A DNA stretch of 52,459 nucleotides, counting the filler, from Sphacelaria rigidula (taxonomy: Eukaryota), in NCBI GenBank assembly GCA_964200075.2. It is 3 parts of 3 records of this genome, joined end to end, with 100 filler letters (N's around TTAATTAATTAA, not from the genome) between each part and the next. Parts side by side here need not be neighbours in the genome. Positions count along the whole stretch, not along the records: positions 35,045 to 52,459 come from CAXNAA020001092.1; 2 more parts are not named here. One strand, written 5' to 3'. Numbering within the stretch: the first letter of the stretch is position 1; each line of letters begins with the position of its first letter. Below, piece by piece: positions 35,669 to 47,170 of the stretch. The translations under genes were made by a program, and so were the position numbers. The notes under the pieces are model-generated. The model was not told the DNA's origin. It saw nothing but the letters and a program-made list of their open reading frames with translations, and made no database searches.

Positions 35669-37858
35669 ACTCGACGTGACCACTCGACAGTGGAAGAAAC
35701 AAGAATTGCGCAGCTGCAGGAAATCGCGCGGCGTGTGTTTCTTGCTCGGGCGTACCAACCGCCCCTTGCCTCGCCGATTCCCTCGAAAGTCGCATCGGTT
35801 CCCGCTGTTCGCTTTGACCTTAGGTCGGTTTTCCGCGCAATCGTGGGCGGTACGACTACTGGAGAAGGACAAAATCCCGTAGACGAACAACTAATGCTCC
35901 CCGCGGCCCTCTTGCGCCAAGCGCTGGCAGAATCGTTCAAAGATGTTGATGTTTCTCTTCTTGCCCACCGCCGCGATGAGGGACGAGGGGAATCAACGGC
36001 AAACGCTCTTCCGTTAGATGACAACAAACACGAAAGTCATGGCGATGGCATTGCCCTTGGCGGGGCCGGGACCGAAGCTGCCGTCACTGCCGTCGACGCT
36101 GCGGCGGCAGAGGTGGTCGCACGAATCGTGGGCGAAATGGAGGCGGAGACCCTCGGGGGAGAAATGATGGCTGCCCAAATGGATGCAACGGCAACACCCA
36201 CCACAGCAGTGGAAGAAAGTGGGGGTAAAAGCATCGACTACCGGCGGTTCGAAGACTGGGTGCTGCCTGCACGTGACGTGGACGAGCTGCGCAATGTTCT
36301 GGCAGACCTTGTCGAGGATGGGGCTGCTCTCGGCTTGACTGTGGCAGACCTGTTCGCGCAATTCAGGGGGGGCAGAGCTGCTACTATGGGTAGTGATTAT
36401 CGGGTGACTGGCCGTGGTCGAGATAATGAGTCGTTGCGGGAAGCCGATGGGATCGGCAAAAGACAGCTGCTAGCAGGCCTCGGCGCCCTAAGTGTACATG
36501 TGACGGAGACCGAGGCGGGAAGACTACTGAGGGCTGGCAAGCGCGGTGAATCCAGCATAGTGGGTATTAACGGCTGTGGCGGTGGTGGTAGCTATGGCGG
36601 TGAGCATGAGGTTGAGCAGTTGTCTTTCGACGATTTTTCGGCTCTCGTAGACGTCAAGGGCTTGCGGGGGCAACAACAGCGCCGACGGCCGCGTTGGAAT
36701 GAGACCAGGAACAAATTTATGTCGACAGCAAAAATCGAAAGGGCTCCACGTGCTGCCATATATGTGAAGGGTGACGACGATGCGAGCCTCGACAGCCTGA
36801 CAGCGATGACACCCAGGATGCCCCTGCCCTCGCCTGAAGGTTTGGAGATGGAAGAAGCGACTGTTGTCGGGAGCGCCAACATCGGTCCCGACACGGCTTC
36901 AAGCTCGGCGGCGGCACACGTGGAGGCCTTCGGGCGCGTCGCAGCTGACGTGCAAGCTGTGCTTTCCACTGCCGTGCATTCTACTGCCATGGAAACTAAT
37001 GTCGGTGGCGAAAAAAATAGAGGCGCGGGACGACGTGGCAGCGACGGTGGGAGCGGCAGAGGAGATGGCGGCGAAAAAGACACCCCAGGCGGTGAGAAAA
37101 GGGGCGACAGGGACAACCTGCAGAACGAGGACAGACAAGGCAATCGCTCGCCATCAGTGCTCCGCTTGAACTCGCGACGTACTTTTCATGACTTGCGAAG
37201 AGCACGCGAACAAGATGGAGATAGCAATGATGAAGGGACCGTCCTGCTTGTGCCACAGCCTACACCATTGTCACACGACGGGGACTCCGTACCGTTACCG
37301 CTAACCCGCGCAACTACTCCACCTTGCGGACCAGCGCGCCCCCCCTCTGCGCCCCTCCACCCCACCCGCGCCTCCCGAGAACGCCTGAACGCCGCCTTGG
37401 AAACACTGGAGCTCAAGGAGCGCTTGAGACCGACGGATCGAGACATGACCGTACAAGGTGACACCACAAAGCGCAAGGTCGCACGGAGCCAGCTTACTGG
37501 GCGGATCACACAAGTGGGAAGTACATGGCGCACGAGCGGTAATGGTAGCATTCGCACTCCACGCCGGGGGATAGCGATGCGGGGAAGCGGCTGCGACGGT
37601 GGCAGCAGGGGAAGTACGGAGGGAGCGAAAGGAGATATCACCGTCGGTAGGAAGAGACGCGGGGGTGGGGCGGGGGCGGCAGCAGCGTCGACGGTTAGAG
37701 CACAAACACGTGCGAAAGACAGCGATGAACGGAAGGGGCTTGAACCTTCTCGAGAAACAGAGTATGGCGACGAGCGTGTTGGTTTCATGTCCCTGGAAGC
37801 AGCTGAGACGGTAGGGCGTCTTAGGGCGAGAGTAGCCGAGCTTGAGCTGTCGGAGCAG
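35669..37858 (+). CDS. Host gene, large exon C: degenerate EF-hand-like motifs, then a disordered region and the start of a coiled coil
   Basis: 730 open codons. Strong CT-rich tract plus ACAG acceptor; CAG|GTGTGT donor. Motifs DLRSVFRAI, GKSIDYRRFEDWV, VADLFAQF, DGIGKRQLLAGL..L....TETEA..LL and QLSFDDFSALV. Confidence 0.85.
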
Positions 37859-38277
37859 GTGTGTAGCTAGCGTGAGCTCCAAACAAGACCGATTTGGTAC
37901 TGATTACTTCAAAGCGTTGCGAAGGGTGCACCAGCACGAAGTAACAGGGTAGGTGATAGAGTTCTTGACGAAAGTGATGGCCTCCTTAGGAGTATGCCAT
38001 GCCTACAGTATTCACAATAATTTATGTGCGCCCACCGTTGTTGTTTCGGATAGTGCTCGTTCATCGGCATTTTACCCTGCATCCAACGTCCCTCAGCCCC
38101 TCCTATCAAACATACAGTACTAGTTGACGCACCTCGGTCCAAAAATCTCCAAGTGAACCTTCTTTTTGTGGAACATCTCCTACATAAGTTGCATTATCAC
38201 TCAACTCCCAGCATTCGCGTGCTGTGTCCGTCGCTAAATATGCGCTACGTTCCTTTCGGGGTTTTTTTTGCCGTCAG

Positions 38278-38471
38278 CTTCTTCGATGCGAGGTGGAGGG
38301 ACTGCGCGCCGACCTCGTACATAACGAAAAATGCGCGACGGCGGCCGTGACGACCACGATGGAGCAAGCCAGGGATCGGGAGCAGGCGCTGCAGGCGCGG
38401 ATGGGTGTGCGACTTCGGACCGCGGAGGCGGAAATCGCCGGCCTGAAGAGGGCAATGGCCGAGCAAAAAAG
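38278..38471 (+). CDS. Host gene, exon D (coiled coil)
   Basis: Poly-T plus TCAG acceptor in phase 0; LLRCEVEGLRADL...AEAEIAGLKRAMAEQK; AG|GTGTTC donor in phase 2. Confidence 0.75.
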
Positions 38472-38894
38472 GTGTTCTGAAATGTGCATCCCTCGCGTGC
38501 TGTTCACTCTTTCAGTGGCCATGCTCAAACTTTGGTGTAGGTTCAGCATGATGATGCGGGACAGGTCCTTGCTCGATACAGTGATCAGTCGATGAAGCTG
38601 GCTACTCTCGTGATGCGCTGAGGCGAATAGACGGTTACGATAGCGCATAGCATGCCAGTCTTGTAAGCCCAGTTAAGCAGTTTTGGAGAGGCGTGCCATT
38701 GTCAAACCCTTCCGAGTTCCAAGTCAAGGCCTACTTCGCCTGTTTCCTTTCCTACCCTACCTTGTGTTTAAGAACGACCTACACTAAGTGTCTCAGGTTC
38801 GAAAAACCCGAGGATAGGACCCCTCGCCCTCTGCCTGTTCGAAAATACATAACCTGCGTCCACCACTTGCTTGAACCACTTGCTTGAACGACAG

Positions 38895-39198
38895 ATGTGC
38901 AGCCGTAGAGGCAAGCGCGAGAGAAAAATCGTCGGCAGAGTACCTGCGCCGTCGTCTGAAAGAAGCAGAGGCAACCCTAGAGGCCAAAGCTGGACGGCGA
39001 TTGCCGGCAAAGAGACGGAACAGCAACCTTTTGCTCCGCCCGAGGGCATGGGAAACGCAAGGGGCAGAGTGCAGTGGCGCCGGCCGGGTGGGGGTCGGCA
39101 GCGGCATGGGGCGGAATGGTGACTGGAGCGAAGGCACCATAGATGGAGATGGAAGGAGGAGGTTTAGAAGTTCTGGTCGGAAGAGTAGCGAAGAGAAC
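38895..39198 (+). CDS. Host gene, exon E
   Basis: ACAG acceptor in phase 2 matches exon D; AEYLRRRLKEAEATLE; AAC|GTGAGT donor in phase 0. Confidence 0.75.
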
Positions 39199-39564
39199 GT
39201 GAGTGTCTTGGGATATCTCGGAGAGTATGGCTTGCACAGAGTTTGAACTCCTTGATCGTCCGGTTCTCAAGTTGGATGCTAGATGGACGAAATTTGGGGG
39301 GGAGCTGTCGCACTTGTAATGTATGTGTGCAGTGGTAGACAAAACGTAGCGGGAGGGTTCTTTTCTTGACTATTTTTTGCGTTCGAAAACAATTCAACCG
39401 AGAAGCCCAGTAGGGAAATCATTTGTCGAAGATGGCTCACCAGAACCCACAGAGTATATGATTTCGAACTACTTGCTCGCATGAAAGTCACGGTCATGCT
39501 GTACCGCTTCACCAGCCGAGCTCTGCTCGTTTCTACTCTTGATGGGCGTGCTGTGCAAAAACAG

Positions 39565-39747
39565 AAACTCCGACAAGACTTGGACGCTTGCCGCAAGAAA
39601 CTCGCAACGGCTGCTGCAGAGATAATCAAGCTTCGTCGAGAAGCGGTCACCGTCGACTCAAGGAAGAAGGGAAGAAATGTCAAAAACATATCGGAGAATG
39701 AAAATAAGGGGGAGGGCGAGAAGGGACGGAGCGCTGGACCGATCCGG
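39565..39747 (+). CDS. Host gene, exon F (coiled coil; 3' boundary uncertain)
   Basis: ACAG acceptor in phase 0; KLRQDLDACRKKLATAAAEIIKLRRE. Confidence 0.65.
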
Positions 39748-40938
39748 GTGGAGAATAGAACACGCGACATGACACCTTGTGTGCGTGCGTGTGGAGAGGC
39801 TCGGGTAGCTCAAAGCTGGTGCGTATTCAATTTTTTTACGTCTGCCAAATCTTGTTTTCGGGTGCATTCGGTAGAGACACTTGAGAGTGAACGGGAGGGT
39901 GTCGAGACGTGGGGTTTGTCGACAACTCGGAACTGAGTATCAAGAGTTGACAAGCGTCAACATGATGAGCACATAAAGTAGGCTACTAGCCATTTTCGCC
40001 CCAACAAACTAGTCTCTTGTAGGGGTGGGCTATCGCTACACGGATATATCTTGGGACAAGAGACAATTTCGGATTGTACCTATCTGAAGGCCACAACGAG
40101 GGATGGCTTAAAGACCGTGTTGATGAAAGCATTTTTTTGTTCGCCAGCCCAATCCATTCACTCGCCAGAATTGGGCATGCTACTTCGTGGTTGCCTTCCG
40201 ACTCTCGCTTCGACATCATGTGTTGTACTCTTGTTCCCGCGCGACACGTATCGGGGTACCACGTACAAACGAAATAGGAGGAGCCAAACGAGTCAGGACT
40301 GCCACTAGTGGACGATGAAAAAACATCCACGGGTCACGTTTTCCCCGTCACACCCTTCGCATGCGTTTGCTCCAACTCCCCAACATATCCCAACCACCAA
40401 TCCGGTGTGTACGCGTACGCGGTTCCCAGGTAGATGGCGTGGTGAAAAGCAAATGATACGGTTTGAGGATGCGTGCATCGTCATATTCTGAACCAACTAG
40501 AACAAACACAAGTTGATCTCCATGTTCTTGTACATATCCATACATTTCCTCGGATGAATAATACGTGCATACCACCTGAGACCTGGCAGTGCTGTTTCTG
40601 CAATTCCGGACAGCTACGAAATAAACGGTACCGTTCTTTTTCTCTCATGTTTCGTTCTCTTCTCTGTGCTGAGATGTTGTTTTGCAGCAGCCAGGGGGCG
40701 CATGGCTTGTTTTTCACTTCTTACGAGTACAGCAGTCATTTACCGGTATCGGGGTATGTTACACGCAATTGGGCATGATTTGAGATGACAGGTGAAAAAG
40801 TATGCACTGATGACTCGACATTTTACGCTTGAAATTCACGTTATGTAATAAAAAAGCCAGACACCCGAACTTCCCGTGCTTCAAATGTTTCTTCTCTAAT
40901 CGACGCGAAAATTCATCGATTTTTCTTCCCGACTCTAG

Positions 40939-41173
40939 GGTGGATCCGCACAAGACATCGGCAGCCCAAGAGAAGCGGCAGCGACAGCGACAACGGCAAA
41001 GGGAACGTGGGCTGGTGGCTCGATTGGCCCAAAGCGAAGACGCACGGATCCAGGCGGAGGCGGACGCAGGACGGTTGCAGGCCTTTATTGACGAAATGCG
41101 AGAGTTGGTGCCCTTGCCGTCACTCGTACCCGTGTCAGCCACCACTGGAGGAGGACCCTTCGCTGCCGAATAG
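40939..41173 (+). CDS. Host gene, probable terminal exon G
   Basis: TTTTTCTTCCCGACTCTAG acceptor; RERGLVARLAQSEDARIQAEADAGRLQAFIDEMRE; TAG stop at 41171-41173. The phase-2 start does not match the most obvious exon F donor. Confidence 0.65.
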
Positions 41174-42330
41174 AGTGTATGCCGTGAAGGAATCAGAATC
41201 CGAGGAATGTTAGGCTACTGAGCTGTTGTGGGTAGACTTTGCGTTGTGACATATGATGGGGGTGTACGTTCGGTTGGCAGGTGTTGCGGCAGTTACATAT
41301 GGTGCATACAATAGGGGAAAGGGGCAGGGGGCATATTTGGAATGCCACCAGAATTTTCTTGTATCATGCATTGCGTATCTGTGCCACAATTATAGTTGAA
41401 ACACCATTACCTTCAAGCCTGTCAGTAAAGACAGGACGAGGCGGGGCGGTCATCGGGATGATGAACGTGTACCGTGGGACAGATATTTGAGGTGTGCTTA
41501 GCTTCGTCAAAAGAAGGGCTGAATTGGATACCTTGGTCGAAGACGAATCGAGCGTACAAAAATCAGAGGATAAAACTGGAGGATTCTTCAACTCACGAAG
41601 TTGAACGCACAGGCACTCGTGTTCATCACACGATATACTTCCCTGTGTGGAAGAACGAAATCCCACAAGAAAAGGAATGCCCGCGTGGGAAGGGGACGAG
41701 AAAATGGTGCCCACGTAGGAGTCCAGAGGATGGTCGGATTAACGCAACCTCGTCAGCTCCCTCGTTTTCAACGTCGGAGAGAGGTAGTGAGCACTTTTCC
41801 TTCGTTTTGATGATTCGTTTTGGAGTGAATATTCCTTGCTGATAAATCCAAAAAGAAGAACCAGTTCTCTACTTCGCAATGTGTCGTATCTGTATCATGA
41901 TCACATATTCGGGTGCAGGCGTATTGGCGCATAAGTGTGCCGAATACGGCGGCGACACCTCTTGAGCATTGCTGCCAATGTGAGGCTCCACATTTTGTTT
42001 GGGGGGAAGCATGCCTTGTTTCAACGCTGTGCATTTTGTTTCGAGTTTGCACTTCATGTCTGCTGGTGTTTTTGGATCTTCTGCGTATGATTGGCTGGTT
42101 GCCCTTTGTGTCGCTGTGACAGTACAGTGCTGAAGACCGGTCTTCAGCATGCCACCATCTTGCTAATATTGTCGTATGATCCGAGTGCTGGTGTTGGCTC
42201 GGCTCTTCGTGTGACCCCGCATGACATCTTCGTAATGCTCTTGTTTACACGTATTCCCTTGCATAGGAATACGGTTTCGTGCCGTATTGTGGTGTGCGTC
42301 TCTGTCTTGATCAGTGTAAACTTCGTAGGC

Positions 42331-44033
42331 TTACGCTCGATTGTGCTTCATTCTGTTGCGAACCAGTTGACTGGCAAACACAAATTGTCCGTACACTGCT
42401 AGTGTGCCATCATGCTCGAAGCTTTCGATACTTGCTGCCGCGACGTGTAGAGAAACAGAATCACTTTTGCAAAGGTTATATCTGCGGTGCGGACACTCTC
42501 TGCCGAGTGCCTTGACCATGGCTGGTACATGTGCTGATAAAATACCCCATCTTCACCATTGACGGTGAGTGTCCAGGTTTCGTTGAGTGACACTATTCCA
42601 TGCGCACCGCACAGGAGCCCAGCGACCCATAGAAGCAGACACCCGATCGAGCCTCGCTCACCAGCAACAAGTACTCAGGATATATACTTTCGATGTTTGT
42701 CTGAAATAGAAGACCTAGCTCGACATCGATGATGTAGTTGTAGTACGCGAGGTGCTTGGGAACGTTATATTTAGTCATTTCCATCTTGTGTTGTTGGAAA
42801 ATTTGCCTCGGTCTCGATATGATCAAAGGGCGACCCAGCGCGTTCGTGTTCACAACACGCCTGCTTTTTCTCGTATCTTCATGGTATCGGCCATGAAATG
42901 GTCATGATTGCCCTCCGAGAACGCTAATTTTGGCGAACAAGCCCCAGGTGATACACGGTGAAATGACCGTTTCTCGTATGTACCGCACCCAGACCCTAGA
43001 CTAGAGGTGTTGCCGGTGACCCATCTGGTGTCTCCACACACGAAGTCCCCGAAATTATTGAGCATGCAATCGGTTTTTTACCTGACCATGGTGGTCGTAC
43101 TTCTTCTCCGAATCAGGGTTGAGAACAGCTACGACTACGTTTGTTCCCGAAGGAGTCTCGGCTCTTCCCGAGTTGCACGAACCTTGCACAGTACCAGGTC
43201 CAAATCGGTACCGTAGGAGAAGGGCGAGTCTAACTCCGGTGCGTGCTTCTCGATCGACATTAATATTGGTTGGAGGACGGGAGCACCTGTTGCTAGCTTT
43301 GTGCGGATGATGATCCACGTCTACCCACTCTAAGCCCGATCGTTGTCAGCACTCGTTCCCCGTGTGCAGCGCACGTACATTCCCTCTCCTCTGGTATCTC
43401 CAAACCCTTCTCGAAATTATTTCGAAGCGCCCGAGTGCAAAGATCGTACGAGAGCGATCCTCTCGCGGCGGATAATTATACTTTTCGGGCCAGAGCCTGT
43501 GATAAGGCCCGTGGCCTGTGCCCGCAGGGCATTCCATATCACGATAGTCGAGTACATATCCTGAATGCTACTCACGGAGGGGTTGTTGAGTAAAACGTCT
43601 TTGAACATATTGTCCTACCCTGTTCTTCGGGGAAGGTTTCATCCTCCTTGTGGCCACTGGTGTGGTTCTAGGAAGGTGTAAAAGTATCTCGGATAACACG
43701 TATAGCCGAGTGACGGTCGGCCTGGTTTGCATGCACCACAGGCTTCCTCGATCCCGTCTCGTGGTGGGTGGTATGCATAGCGTCTGTGGACAGAGCAAAT
43801 CCCCGGGATACCCTCCCGTTGTGGCACTCATTCACCGTTGACACGAACGTACCGATGCTGGAAAGGCTTGTGCTGGGGTGCGTCGAAAGAACATTAGCTT
43901 GAACGTGCTCATGTTCTTCGCCAGAACGTGCACAACACAGCAATATATTCGTACGAAGACGAATAGTAAAGGATTCACCTATTAGTTCACCGTGAGCATG
44001 GATGCGTTCGTTGGCAAGATCTCGAGGGAGCAA
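42331..44033 (-). pseudogene. Decayed, intron-less coding remnant of unknown family
   Basis: A chain of abutting minus-strand ORF fragments with globular-protein-like composition (MFKDVLLNNP..., NNFGDFVCGD...FSEGNHDHF, KHLAYYNYIIDVELGLL, WTLTVNGEDGVFYQHMYQPW). Confidence 0.35.
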
Positions 44034-44295
44034 GCATACTATGGATATGGCAAGAGTGCCCGTGAAAATGAAAGATACGTCAATAGAGGTTACTAAGGTT
44101 TATATTTGGTGTCTTTGGGGGGGAGGGGGGACAAACAGATCTGCGTCACCCCCGGTATTCCAAGGGATATCGTATACGGTATGTGCATAGAGCTGTTTTC
44201 CACTACTTGGTATCCCCTGCCCCAGAACTATTTGGTGCTAGTATAGTGCTTAAAGCTGCTAGAAATACTAGGTCGATGTGATGAGCTATTTGGTT

Positions 44296-44515
44296 TGTGA
44301 CGAAAATACGCCGTTACGTTGAGTTGGTAGTGATGATATGGATCATGACCGGGGACACTAGGTTGATACCCTGGCGAGTCTAGGTAGGTGCCTTGGGAGG
44401 TCACTCCTGAATATTGAGGATGTTGTAAAGGCTGACAACTAAAACTGAGGCCAGTAAGACTGTGGAGTCCCTCAACAGCAGTGATCCAGCAGTTGTTCCA
44501 CTAGTTGGCGTTACA
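44296..44515 (+). repeat. 5' LTR (220 bp)
   Basis: TGTGACG...CGTTACA; direct repeat of 48828-49103. Confidence 0.95.
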
Positions 44516-44810
44516 ATATCGATATTAGTGCTAGTGTTAGAAACCTGCTGGGAAGGAATTCGGCGGAAGGAGCCTGGTAGCTATGGAAACCTGATAACCC
44601 ACGGGCGCGTGGAGAGAGTTCCAGCTGAGGCGGCTGCAGAAAGGCGGCTGGCCTGTGATAGATTCAGACTGGAGACTTGCTGAAGCTGCGTGCAGCGGGA
44701 GTTTGGAGGCTCCTATGAGTGAGTGTTGCGGCGACGAAGCAAGGAAAGTGCATTTCGCGAAGGTCCGCTGGCCTGCAGAGGTACGCAGGTAGCCGGTTAC
44801 AGCTACAGCA

Positions 44811-45978
44811 ATGGCTACCGCCTCACGAGGTACGTCCACTGTGACACCCGTGGTAATGCGGGAAGGGTTGCGACCTCCCCAATACGGGGACAGGTACTCA
44901 GAGAGTGCATCTCGCACTTTTTATACAAAATACTTGGAGTGCAAGAAGCGTGTGGAGCACGCTAATGCAGAGGGTGCCGTGCGGCATCAGGGGGTGACAA
45001 TGGCTCAACAAGTGCCAACTCATGTACAGAGAGTGTTCGCTCGTTTAGAACATAATGAGAACACTATCATCCCGCCGCAATTGGTTGCGGCGATCAAAAA
45101 GCATGCTGGGCATGCGGCGGGCGCTGAGGGAAATCTGATCCAAGCGTTTGCGGCCGTGGCGAAAGCTGTCGCCATGGATAGTCGGGGAAAAACGATGTTG
45201 GAGCGGGTGGAGCCCAACCTGTCCAATTTGGAGAAGCACTTCACGGAAAATTCGAACGTGGAACTAGTATATCGTTCCCCCGATGGTGAGTTCATTCCCG
45301 GCCCGGCAGCAGTAAGCACTAAGGCTTTGGCAAAGGGGTTGGCACCGGGAAATTTCAAGCAAGCCGTGCTTATCAATCTGCAGCACCAAGCAGACTGGAT
45401 GGCCGACCCATACCTGGTGATGAGCAACGTCGTGGCCGAGGCCAAGGAGTGGCGGAAAATAGAGGTGTTCGGCCAGTCGTCCACCTCTTCGCCGAAATCT
45501 TTGTGCAACCATGGCTCGAAATCGGCCGGTCGCGCCGCGAGTATTACTTGCCACCGCTGTGGCCAGGTCGGCCATTACGCGCGATTGCCCAACGTCTTCC
45601 GGTGGAGAGTCTGAGCAGTCTAGTGTCGCGCGCCATCAGCATCGTCAGCACAAGAGAAAAAGACGAGGTAATGGAAGGTCGCAGGCGAGCCCTCAGCAGC
45701 AGTCGCAGCAGCAGCAGAACCACCAGCAGCAGGGGCAGCGGCGTCAGCATGGGCCTGGCTCTGGGTCCGGCGCCGCCGCAGGTGCTGCTGCTCCGCAACG
45801 GGCGGTGCAGGTGGGTCCGACCTCTACAGAGTCGAACCCTGCGCCGGCGCCGGTGGTGGCGCCGGCGGCGACACCGGAAGCAGCGCTAGGCGCGACGTCT
45901 GTTGACGCGCTGGTCGGAGGGTCGCCAAATTCTTGGTTTTCTAGCTGGGGGACGTACCCGCCGGCGGTGCCGTTTTAA
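44811..45978 (+). pseudogene. gag: gag with CCHC zinc knuckle, frameshifted within the knuckle
   Basis: A 267-aa ORF ending CHRCGQVGHYAR, with RDCP in the adjacent frame, then a Gln/Ala/Pro-rich tail. Confidence 0.85.
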
Positions 45979-46026
45979 CCTGCCGAGGCGTCTTCGCCTG
46001 CGCAGCTTGCGCAGCCGTGGCGTCAA

Positions 46027-47170
46027 GTGGGATTAGCGGCGCATAGGTCAGCGGAAGAAGTTCCCGTGGAGCTTGCCGACAGATATATTCCGGCGGAGGT
46101 ATGTCTTCCGAATCAATGGCAGCGTGGAGCCATTGTGGTTCGGTCCGTGTTGGATTCTGGCGCCCATATCACTAGTCTGCCGGTGCAGATGATGGAGATG
46201 CTGGAGCGTCAACTCCCGGGTGTGCCGCTGCGCATCCCGTTTTCGCTCGGGGCGCGGCAGGCAGTCACCGCGTCGGGTGAGCATGTTTCAGTCACGGAGC
46301 GTACTGTTCCGTTGCAGCTAGCCTTCAAGACTACTTCGGGGCTGGTGCCGTTGCCTCCGATCTCGTTTGCGATTATGCCAGGGTCGGATGGCGTTGTTCT
46401 TCTGGGGCTGCCGACGCTACAGGATCTAGGAGTCGACCCGTATGAGCGATTAAAGGACTCCATCAAGACGCGGATGTCTCCGCCTGGTCCGCATGTGGAG
46501 ACGCCCGGCTTTTTGGGCAATCGTTGCGTGAGCTTGTCGGTGGATGAATTTCAGGAGGCTGGGGGGCAGGTGACCGAGGAGCGGGATGCGGCGGTGGAAC
46601 GCTTAGTAGAGCGCGGCCCGGACATGTTCATGGACCCGGCGGAAGAGGAATCCGCTCGAAAGGTGGCGCTGGAGGAGAGCATGGCGGATACTGTGGCGAA
46701 AGGCCTCAGCGTCCCCAAAGCGGAACACCTGCGCGGCATCTTGCATTGCCGCGTCAACGCCTTTTGTCGTGCGCTGCGGGGTGATCCCCCGGCGCGCGTG
46801 AAGCCCATGCATGTTCAGCTGAAACCTGGGGCGTCCGCGGCGAAGACGAAGCCGCGGCGGTACGATGCAGCAAAGTCGAGTTGGTTGGCATTGTGCATGG
46901 CGGCTCTTTTGGCGCTCGGGATGGTGTTACGGAATTTGCAGGCGGGGGTGGTCCAGTCCAAATATGGCGTTTCCGAAGAAGGCTGCATCGTGGACGGAGG
47001 GCAGGCTGCAGGCGTGGGCGGCAGCGAAGGATCTGGTGGCTCATGCCGTGACGCTGTTTCATCCTCGTCCTGATTGTCAGGTGTTCATGTTTCCGCATGC
47101 ATCTGAGTGTCATTGGGGTAGTTTGGTCATGCGGGTGCCTACAGTTGAAATTGAAATGCCCGTGCGCGTT
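46027..47170 (+). pseudogene. pol: Protease plus residual RT N-terminus, RT connection and RNase H start
   Basis: VLDSGAHITSL...VLLGLPTL. KPRRY...WSSPNMAFPKK is joined directly to W......AWAAAKDLVAHAVTLFHP....VFMFPHAS..HWGS. No YxDD is present. Confidence 0.85.

Noticed and set aside
36014..37882. Long antisense ORFs over exon C (and over exon B and the retroelement genes)
   Set aside because: Shadow ORFs expected opposite GC-rich coding sequence; no motifs or splice support.
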